A stretch of DNA of 39,667 nt, from NCBI GenBank assembly GCA_012862495.1, contig BLSG01000301.1:1-39667 (forward strand), given 5' to 3'. Under the pieces are notes generated by a model that saw only the letters and a list, made by a program, of their open reading frames with translations, did no database searches and was not told where the DNA came from. Of this stretch, positions 9,257-18,982 are shown one piece after another. The translations under genes were made by a program, and so were the position numbers. Every line of letters begins with the position of its first letter. Positions within the stretch are counted from its first letter, which is position 1. This DNA is from Thraustochytrium aureum (taxonomy: Eukaryota).

Positions 9257-10439
9257 NNNNNNNNNNNNNNNNNNNNNNNNNNNNNNNNNNNNNNNNNNNN
9301 NNNNNNNNNNNNNNNNNNNNNNNNNNNNNNNNNNNNNNNNNNNNNNNNNNNNNNNNNNNNNNNNNNNNNNNNNNNNNNNNNNNNNNNNNNNNNNNNNNNN
9401 NNNNNNNNNNNNNNNNNNNNNNNNNNNNNNNNNNNNNNNNNNNNNNNNNNNNNNNNNNNNNNNNNNNNNNNNNNNNNNNNNNNNNNNNNNNNNNNNNNNN
9501 NNNNNNNNNNNNNNNNNNNNNNNNNNNNNNNNNNNNNNNNNNNNNNNNNNNNNNNNNNNNNNNNNNNNNNNNNNNNNNNNNNNNNNNNNNNNNNNNNNNN
9601 NNNNNNNNNNNNNNNNNNNNNNNNNNNNNNNNNNNNNNNNNNNNNNNNNNNNNNNNNNNNNNNNNNNNNNNNNNNNNNNNNNNNNNNNNNNNNNNNNNNN
9701 NNNNNNNNNNNNNNNNNNNNNNNNNNNNNNNNNNNNNNNNNNNNNNNNNNNNNNNNNNNNNNNNNNNNNNNNNNNNNNNNNNNNNNNNNNNNNNNNNNNN
9801 NNNNNNNNNNNNNNNNNNNNNNNNNNNNNNNNNNTTCTCATCTCAGGCTGGGCCTACCGGTACTCACCCCACCGACTCGTTCTCTGTTCTTTTACTGCAA
9901 CGAACAAACAATGAACGCTCGTTCTTCTTGAAGGACCTCTTTCAAGATTGATAATCTTGGTTTTCAAGATTGATCAACAATGAACGTTGACGATCATTGA
10001 CAATCAATCAACCAACTTGAGGAACGATCGTGAAGCGCGAAGAGCTGTGTTCGTCGTGCTCGCGAAGACCGTCGTGCTCGCTGCGGGGTCGTGGACAATC
10101 GCATTCCCGTCCGCTCAAGCCGCTGCCGACGTCAGAGAGAACGTTCAGGTCGAGGCCGATCGGGTGGCCGCTACAGGAGCTGACTGCAGCGGCGCTCACG
10201 CTTGGGTTGCTCGCGCCCGTCTCCGGTTCGACTGGCCGACGCCGCGGCGGGCTCAGGCTGCCTCGCCTGGGACCGTGGTGCGACATAGGACAACGCTTGC
10301 GCGGCACGCACACTTGCTGGCACCGTGCGAGCCCGGGCCGCCACCCGCGCTACAGCGTCGGGATCGAGACGTGGCGGGGCCGTAGAGGTGTGCCGGACGC
10401 AGAGACGCTTGGCCCGACGCCGCGCGAGGACGCCGCGGC

Positions 10440-13400
10440 ATGGCGCGCGGGCTCGTCGCGGGTGGCGTCTTCTTCTCCACCATAGCCCTTTTCTGCGGGC
10501 TTTTGGCACGGTTTGGCGGCGGGCAGTTCCAGTCATGGCTTGTCCAACGCACCGAGGTGTACGACTTCATGTGCTCGCGCGGGTCTGGGATTTACTCGGT
10601 TGGCCAAGTCTGGGGCGATGACGTGCCCGGGCTGCGGCGGCCAAAACGGGGCCGCTGCGAGCCAGACCCCAGTGGAAGCCTCTTTGAGCCGCTATCGACG
10701 ACAAGCGACGCGTACTGCCGAGGCGGAGACCCGACCTCTTCGTTCCACACCGACATGTGCGTCCGAACCATCGTCGCCAAGTGCCTGGCCTTCCTGTCTG
10801 TTTTGTTTCACTTGGGCGCGATCTGCGCGGGACTATTTTGCCACGCAGTGGACTCTGTCCGCGACGAGATGCTCCCTGCCGCCATGGCAGCCTGGTTTGC
10901 CATGTTTGCCTCCCTGGTCAGCTGGGCCATGTTCATCACGATGGCGACAAGCCGGCTCTTTTCGCACGAGCACTACGGTGCCCTCTCCGCGGAGGCACGT
11001 CTGCTCGTCCCGTACCGCGGGATTGGGTGCGTTTTCCAAGAGCCTTTCCAGAGCCCTGTTTGGCCCTTCTTGCTTTTTGACAACTGGCCGCAAGAGTGCA
11101 TCCTGTTTGGGTACGGGTACGTCTTGGCCGTCTCAGAAGCGAGTTTCTCCCTCTTGGGAAGCATCATCATGTTTCTCCTGGTCCAGGACCTCCACCATTT
11201 GCAAGCCAAGCAAGAGGCCCAGCTGGCCGCCCAAGTGGCCCAGCTTTTCGAGAACGACTATTCCTCCGAGGCCCGTTCCGGCCCGCAGCCCGCTCAAGCG
11301 CCCGGGCCCGCCGGGGCGGCACGGGCGCTCGAGTCAGGAGCGCTCAGCCAGAGTCCTAGCGATCCGGCGCAACGACGGCCTGCGGACGAGGTGGACAGCG
11401 ACGACGACGGGAGCGGCGCCGTCGCGGGACAAAGCGCGGCGCACCGCCCAACGGTGGCAAGCACGGCGAGCAGCAAGGGCGCCGGCCAAATCGACATGTA
11501 TTACTCTCTCTACGGCGCGTACCATCGGCACCTCGGCCTCCCGGCGCGGGTGGCTGACCCGGCGCTTGATCGCCACAGTAGTGCCTCTGATCGTGCTGGC
11601 CAACCTCGCGCTGACCGTCGCCTGGATGATGAAGGGCGTGCGGTTTGTGATGAACGTGACGGTCGACTCTAGTGTGGTCCGCGAGGACTTTGCCTACGAG
11701 GTCTTCGACTTCAACTCAATCACCTCGGTGACAGACTTTTGGCTGGGCGCCGCCTATTTGATGTCGCTCCTCACTCTGCTGGCGACGTTTTTGGTGCCGA
11801 CGGGCAAGTTTGTGATCTGGCTTTACTTCTGGTACATGCCCTGCGACCAGGTGATCCGCGGCCAGGTGCTGAGCTGGGTCGACGCTCTTGGCAAGGTAGC
11901 ACTGGCCAATTTGTTTTGCCTCATCCTGATGGCCGTGGGGTTCTTGTTTCGGGCTCCGCTCGAGATCCCAATCCCGCTCGTCCCGGTGCACGTCGTCGTT
12001 TCCGTGGGCATCAACACGGGGTTTGTCGCAACCTGGGGATTGGTCATCGCCAGCACCATTTCCCTTGGGATAGGGCAGTGGTTTGTATACTTTCACGGCC
12101 AGGCAGCGCGGTGGGAGCAGATTCGCCACGGCGGCCGCAGGGCGTTGCTGTCGCGGAGGCCCTCGCTTTTCCGCATCATGGACACGCCATTCCTGTCTGA
12201 GCCAGCTGAGGGCCTTGCGCCCAGCAGCTTTCGCGTCGTCTCACCGTTTTTCGGCCTTTGGCGTAGCCCAGCCCCGGGTCTGCAGCTCAGACGAAGTAGC
12301 AGCAGCAGCAGCAGCAGTANNNNNNNNNNNNNNNNNNNNNNNNNNNNNNNNNNNNNNNNNNNNNNNNNNNNNNNNNNNNNNNNNNNNNNNNNNNNNNNNN
12401 NNNNNNNNNNNNNNNNNNNNNNNNNNNNNNNNNNNNNNNNNNNNNNNNNNNNNNNNNNNNNNNNNNNNNNNNNNNNNNNNNNNNNNNNNNNNNNNGCTCG
12501 AGCAGTCTGAATAGTGTCAATGACACGACGAGGCGGGTGACGGGCGCGAGCAGCAGTGCGGCTCGGGCCGGCTTGGAGGCACCGCTCCTCGGCGATGGGG
12601 CTCGCGGCTCGCGGCTCGTGGACGACTCCAGGGGGAGGCACAGGTCTTGCAGCGCGCTTGCTCCGCTTTGCGACGCAGCGTTCGAGCGGCCGCACAGCCC
12701 CGACGAGCTTGGCTGCGACGCCGGCGACCCGGACCAGGGCGCCACCTCACTAGGAGGCGAGCGCCCCGACGTGTACCGGTTCTCGCGCGCCGCCAAGGCC
12801 GCCATGGACTTGCTCGTGGTGGCCGCGCTGGCGCTCACGCTTGGGGGGGTGATCTCGCCCATCTTTCGCTTCCGGCGCGCAGGCCTCGTGGGCCAAGCGC
12901 TGCTCCCTGTGGACGCGAGAACTTCGGTCTACTCGGTGCTCGACCTCGTTTCTGCCGCAAACGCCTGCGGGATCGACGGGTCCGCCACGGCGCTGAGTGC
13001 CTGCCTCGTCCTCTTCGTGATCGTCTTCCCGGTGCTCCACTTGTGCGGCCTCCTGGCGCTTTGGCGGGCGCCGCTGCGCTCGGTGGCTGCGCAAGAGCAG
13101 GCCTTTCGGGTGGTTGAGATGTGTGCGGCCTGGAATGCGGTTGACATTTTCGTCATCTGCGTCGCGGTGACCTCGACCGACATTGCGATGGTCGCCGACA
13201 CGGTCATCCCGCAAGTGGTTCCGACGCTCGCATTCGTCAGCACCCACTACCTGGGCTCGACCCTGTACACGGCGCTGCCGTCCTTTGAGAGCGGGTACTG
13301 GGTATTGGTGGCGGCCACGGTCATCGAAAAGGTTTGTACAACGACCCTCATGCCGCTCTATGCAATGCGCATAGCACAACTCAAGCTCAAGCGGATCCGC

Positions 13401-13640
13401 AAGCGCGATGCGTCTGGCGCGGCGCATCACGGCAGCCGTGCGGAGCAGCAGCACATTTTGCAGATTCTCTCGCCAACTGCGCGCTACATTTCCAACCCAA
13501 CGGCAGCTGCGACGGGGCTCATTCCGGCGCTAGCTTGGCAATTGCTTACGCGTTCTCGCGTCCTCGTCCCAGACTGGCAACACGGCGGCGCCTTCGACGG
13601 GCGCGCCGGTGCCTCACCTTGGCGCCTTGATGCAGAGTAA
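10440..13640 (+). CDS. Multi-pass membrane protein: claudin/PMP22-like 4TM module plus two PqiA-like modules; frameshift ~11545 and gap 12320-12495
   Basis: N-part: TM1, Cys-rich loop, TM2-3 and a FGYGYVLAV TM4. After a +1 shift: FNSITSVTDFWLGAAYLMSLL..VPTGK..VDALGK. After the gap: YSVLDLVS..VIVFPVLHL..VVEMCAAWNAVDIFVICV. A Ser run continues on both sides of the gap. Confidence 0.6.
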
Positions 13641-15339
13641 AGGGCCGTAGGACGACGGCGAGCAGCCCATCTCTTTCGGCCCGTTCGTGGTGACGGCACA
13701 AAACCGGTCACGTCTCGCCAGTCATCATCCCCGGCTTCTCAACTGGCCTGACAAGGACCCAGTGGGCGGCACAAGGAGGACCGTGACAAGCTTGGCCACA
13801 TGGCCACACATGGCATGGCCCATGGCCAACGAGCCAGTTTCTAAACAAAACAGAGCATTTTGTGCCTGCCAGTGCGCCTGCATTCAATCACCTGCAATCC
13901 AGCCTGATTGCAGGCAGCTTCGGCTCTCGTGTCTCATGCGCAGAGTAGGTACAGTAGGTACCTACTCCACTCGAGGAGCCTCATGGATGGTGGGTGGGCG
14001 ATCATCACGCTTGTTCGCACCATGACGCGATCTCATCATCGCACTGAGCGAATCCCTCCAGAAGGTGGGCCACGTACTGCACTTCTCCATGGCGATGCAG
14101 CCATCACCGTGGAGCGGGAGAGAGGCCCAGTCGATCCATTTCCTCTTCGACGCCGAGTCTGTCCACTTCGAGGCCGCCGCCACCACGCGCTGGCATCAAG
14201 GAGGCCGGCCTCCTTGCTGGCATCCAGTCAGCGAGCTGAATGGTGGGTGCCGTCGTCGCAAGGCCTTCGTACTCAGTACAACCAACCGCATTCCTCACCG
14301 CAGGCCGCGCCGCCAGAGAGAGCCGCAACCCAAGCTGTCACGGTCAGGAACGTTGGAGGAGCAGTGCGTGAGGTACTCACTCAACCTCGTGAGCAGAGCA
14401 GAGTACACACCGAACGACCACCGGCAAGGCGAGCAGCAAGATCGCCCTTGCTTGTGGCGGCTGGATGGGTTGGTTTTCAGGCCGTGNNNNNNNNNNNNNN
14501 NNNNNNNNNNNNNNNNNNNNNNNNNNNNNNNNNNNNNNNNNNNNNNNNNNNNNNNNNNNNNNNNNNNNNNNNNNNNNNNNNNNNNNNNNNNNNNNNNNNN
14601 NNNNNNNNNNNNNNNNNNNNNNNNNNNNNNNNNNNNNNNNNNNNNNNNNNNNNNNNNNNNNGCGAAGGGAGATGGACTGCCGCGCACCAGTGGCTGCATC
14701 TTTCCTCGACTCGGAGTCGGTCGAGTATGTCCAGTACTCCTCCTGCTGATCATTGACCGATGATTGACGACGGCGGCGTGCCAATAAAATGAGTCATGCC
14801 TCCATGCAAGTGCGAAAGATCTGCCGACGTACTTACACCCCAGCTTGCACGTGCCGCGCCGCGGTCCACCGAGCAGACGCATGGCCATGGAAAGAAGCGA
14901 CGGGCCAGGCCACGACAACCGCGCCACAACCTGGGTGGGACTACGCACTTGATCATGATGATCATGACAAGGAGGATCCGACTCCTCACTGAATGATGAT
15001 GAGGGAGCCAAGCAAAGATTATCCAGCGCGTTGTCGGCTTCGCCGCTGGATTGATTTATTTTTGAAATTGAACACAGTGCAAAAAGCGCACCGCATGATG
15101 CGGAGTCGTGAATCAGAAAGTGAGAAACGTCGCGCTGGAGACGGACGGGACGAGCTTTGTGAGGAGTATAGTATACTGTACTTTGCTCGACTCCACTCGT
15201 CCTGCCCTCGCCAATGTGTTGGTTGCCTTGAAGCTCTTTGGACAGTCATCAGTCCCTGAACGAGGCTGCGGCACAAACCAACTCGCTGGACCCAACTCGC
15301 TGGACCCAAACGCCAACTCGGTCGGTGCCACGATCAGAC

Positions 15340-15939
15340 ATGGCCGTCGAAGCCACCGACTCTGACGGCGCAGTGCCACCAAGCCCAGCCGGCGAGGCCA
15401 AGTCGCTCGGGCCACGCACCAGCTCAGAGGCATCAACGAGCTCAAACGAGTCCGGCTCGAGCTCGGGGCAAAGCAGCAAACAGCAGCGCAAAGGGCTATG
15501 GACCGACGAGGAAGACCGAGTCCTCACGACGATGGTGCTTGTCGATCTCGTCCGCAGCTGGGGCCAGGTCGCTGCGTGCATTCCAGGGCGCTCCGCAAAG
15601 CAGTGCCGCGAGCGCTGGAAATGCAATCTTGATCCAAACATCAACAAAAAACCCTGGACCGAGGAGGAGGATAGGATCCTGCTCACGATGCAGCGCGATA
15701 TCGGCAACCGGTGGGCCGTCATCGCAAAGTGTCTCGACTGTCGCACAGAAAACGCGATCAAGACCAGATTCCGCAGCATCCAGCGCCGGATGCGCAAAAT
15801 GTGGTCCCCAGAAGAAGACAAGGCCATCCTCGAAATGCGGGCCACGCAGCGCTGCCGCTGGGAGACCATCGCAGCCGCTCTGCCAAACCGCACAAAGAAC
15901 GGCGTCAAGATCCGCCACAAGCAGCTCATGCTTCAGCAG

Positions 15940-15971
<32 letters not shown>

Positions 15972-16566
15972 CAGATCGGCCGACGCGGGCTGCGACGCTG
16001 CAGAGGTTACCGCAAATGCCGACGACTTCTGCTCCAGGGTCTACCCCGCGCACAACGCCGCGTCGCCGAGCCCGGCGCTGTGCGAACCCGCCCCTGCTCT
16101 GCTTACATTGCCTCGCTCAAACTCGGCGATGTCCTTTGACTTGGCTGCGTCGACACGGCCGCAGAGTTGCACCATCGAGGCGAGCTGCAACCCGTTAAGC
16201 TTTGTCAAGAGCCTTGGGATACCGCTCGGCCTTGGCGGCTCGGAGACCCCGCTCACGCCCACGTCGACAACGGCGCAAGCGCTGATTTGGTTGCGTCGCC
16301 AGCAACAGTCACTCCTGCTCCAAATCCTCGACAAGCAGCGGATGGAAAGCCAGCAAGCGCTCCTGGCCAGCGACGCGCTCAGTGCGCCACTGAAGGCCGG
16401 GCCAAGTGCCAAGCGCCGAATGGAGAGCGTCGAAGAAGGCGCTGTCGTTCAGCAATCAATCAAGCGCTCGAGGCCTGTTCTGCCTCCCGGCGGCGCGCCG
16501 CCGCCCAAGCCCGAGGTTGCTTCGGCGGCTGCCTCTCTGGTGCAGCTTTATGCAAAGCATTTGTGA
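15340..16566 (+). CDS. MYB transcription factor with three MYB repeats and polyQ
   Basis: KGLWTDEED..W..GRSAKQCRERWKCNLDPNINKKPWTEEED..GNRWAVIAK..RTENAIKTRF, third repeat WSPEED..WETIAAALPNRTKNGVKIR, then Q12. Confidence 0.92.
15934..15969 (+). repeat. CAG/CAA trinucleotide tract (Q12) in the MYB gene
   Basis: 12 consecutive Gln codons. Confidence 0.9.
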
Positions 16567-17001
16567 CTGACAGCGTTGCGCGCGAAAACGTGTCGCATGT
16601 CAAAGACAACCCTGACCTGAACCGTATGATATCATTTTGTGACTGAGAACCGCCTTTGCTCTTGCATGAACTGCACGCTCGTCAGATCCCCCATGGGTTC
16701 CAATAGATGGGATGGGGTGGGGTGGGCGGTCTGGTCTACGACAATCAACGTGGCACCAACAACCTACTAGCGCCATCTGAGGGAGAGCTGACATCAGTTC
16801 AGACACAACCCCGCCCGGAAACCAATACAACCCTGCGCACAAAGCCGCAAGACCTGCCATGAAACCCAGACGAGCGCAACGCAACGCGCTCAGCGGCGAC
16901 CAACCTCCATCGAGGATTCAGTCGGCGTCATTTCTGTGTATTTGGACCTTTTATAAGAATCAGCGAAGAGGAGAGGGCAGCGCTTCGCCTTGCGCGCCAA
17001 G

Positions 17002-18285
17002 CTAGCTAGCGGGCTCAACAGCAAAGTCTGCAGCGAGCAAAACGTGGTCGCTCGGCTCCTCCGGCGTTGGGAACGACAAGATGCCCCGACTGAGGAAACT
17101 GTCTCGGTGAGGGAGCTCGTCCGCGCCCAACACGCGCAAACGCGCAGAGCCGCTGCTACTGTCTGGCCGAAACAAGATGTAATCTAGCGTTTCGATGAAC
17201 GCCTCATCCTGGAACTTGTTGCGCGCCAAGTTGGTAAAATCCGGCTCGGCACCGTGCGCCTCCTTGTACGCGCTGAGGAGCGGCGGCGCAAACTCGATGT
17301 CCCACGTATCGCCTTGGAACGCTGGCTTGGGCGGGTAGGCCTCTGCGCGCGCCTCTGAGCTTTCACAGAGGCCTTTGGTGAGCAGCTCGTAGCACGCCGA
17401 GCCACTCCGAATGTTCAAGTCGCCTGCGATCACGAAGGGGTCGCCCTTTGAAATCCTGTGCATCCACTTGGCCATCAAGGACGCGTGGATGCTGATCACA
17501 GGCGGCGTCTGCCATGCACATGGCATGTGGTAGGTCCCAACCATAAAGGTCGGCGCCGCCTGCGCTGCATGGCCCTTTGTCTTGGCTTTGCCTTTCTTGC
17601 CTTTGTCGTTGCCCTCATCGTCGGCGCTAGGCCTTGCGTTGCTCTCGCCGCTGGTAGCCTCACCATTTTGTTGATTTTGTTGGCGGTGGCGGAGCCGGAC
17701 AGCAACAAGCGTGTTCTTTCTGCCTTCGGCGTCGCTCCACATCTTGGCTGCTGCAGACGGCAGGAGTAGGTTTTGGGTGAAAGGCAGGACGCGCTTGAGG
17801 ATGGCAAGCACCGTGGCGCGGATGGCCTGCCACGAGCCGCCGAGGCGCGCGAGTAGACCATCCGGGCGGCTTGCTGCATTGTCCTCGGTCTCGGTGCTCG
17901 GCGAATACCCGCCCGACTTGGTTTGCGCGAGGTTTGTGATCTTGCAGTCCACCAACTCGAACCGCTTGCGCGGGTACGCCACGCCGACGCCCATGTACCC
18001 GCTGAAGGCCGAGCCGTAGTTGCTGTGCAAAAACGTGTACTCGCGCTCCTCAAAGACGCGAGTGAGCTCGCAGACCCAGTCGCGCGACACTTCCTGTAGG
18101 CAGATCACCGCGTCCTTTTCTATCTCAGCGCCAATCTTGCCCACGACACGCTTGAGCCGCTTGCCAGGTGTCGTGCTGTCGGGCGTCGGGCAAAACTTAA
18201 AGTAGCCTTTCGAGCACAAGTTGGGGCTCAGCACGTTGTACGTGGCTACGCGAACCGTCAGCCAGTCATTTCGGCCGCTGGCCAT
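17002..18285 (-). CDS. Endonuclease/exonuclease/phosphatase (CCR4/nocturnin/Angel-like)
   Basis: All EEP catalytic motifs are present: RVATYNVL, VICLQEVS, GTYHMP, IAGDLN, FTN..ETLDYI, PSDHVLLAADF. Confidence 0.9.
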   Translation of the reverse strand: MASGRNDWLTVRVATYNVLSPNLCSKGYFKFCPTPDSTTPGKRLKRVVGKIGAEIEKDAVICLQEVSRDWVCELTRVFEEREYTFLHSNYGSAFSGYMGVGVAYPRKRFELVDCKITNLAQTKSGGYSPSTETEDNAASRPDGLLARLGGSWQAIRATVLAILKRVLPFTQNLLLPSAAAKMWSDAEGRKNTLVAVRLRHRQQNQQNGEATSGESNARPSADDEGNDKGKKGKAKTKGHAAQAAPTFMVGTYHMPCAWQTPPVISIHASLMAKWMHRISKGDPFVIAGDLNIRSGSACYELLTKGLCESSEARAEAYPPKPAFQGDTWDIEFAPPLLSAYKEAHGAEPDFTNLARNKFQDEAFIETLDYILFRPDSSSGSARLRVLGADELPHRDSFLSRGILSFPTPEEPSDHVLLAADFAVEPAS

Positions 18286-18429
18286 CCTGGCCGCCCCGAC
18301 CGCCTGACCCACCGTGCTCTTCTAACCCGGCCTTCAGCTGACGCACTCGTCGGAGCCGTCCGTCGCACCCGCGTCCCTGTTGGGTGTCTGTCTGCCTGTC
18401 TGTCTGTCTGCCTCTCCTTGATGCATGCG

Positions 18430-18794
18430 TGCAACACACAGGCATCGAGGTAGGTCGCGTCACAAGGGGCCCTCAATTGACGAGGATCCCCGACCGGTAC
18501 ATGCGAGGATCCGGCATCGAGGTTTGTCGCGTCACAGGGGCATCTCAAATGACGAGGAGCCCCGACCGGTACATGCGAGGATCCGGAATCGAGGTTGGTC
18601 ACGTCACAAGGGGCCCTCAATTGACGAGGAGCCCCGACCGGTACATGCAACACACAGGCATCGAGGTTGGTCGCGTCACAAGGGGCCCTCAATTGACGAG
18701 GAGCCCCGACCGGTACATGCGAGGATCCGGCGTCGAGGTTGGTCGCGTCACAAGGGAACCTAGAATGACGAGGATCCGCGACCGGCACATGCGC
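18430..18794. repeat. 72-bp minisatellite, about 5 copies
   Basis: The ggcatcgagg-like unit start recurs at 18441, 18513, 18585, 18657 and 18729 (exact 72-bp period). Confidence 0.95.
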
Positions 18795-18982
18795 GTATCG
18801 AACGCGAATCCTGCCAGGCGCCCAGGCAGACACGGCGGAGTACTCACGTACTCGGCTGCTTGCTCTTGCCGCTCGCTCTCTCCGCCAGCAGGTCGCTCGC
18901 GTCCTCAGCAGCTCGGCGTCCTCGAGCGCCGCCTCCGTTTGCGTCGCGCAGGCGTCGCGCAGGCCTCGCATGGCAAAGGAGG

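Noticed and set aside
9987..10439. Upstream ORFs as an N-terminal extension of the claudin/PqiA gene
   Set aside because: There is one hydrophobic stretch but no recognisable motif, and joining would need further unsupported frameshifts.
13700..15250. Short ORFs around gap 14487-14661
   Set aside because: No recognisable domains or consistent coding frame.
18430..18794. CRISPR array
   Set aside because: Units are contiguous near-identical repeats with no unique spacers; eukaryotic context and no cas genes.
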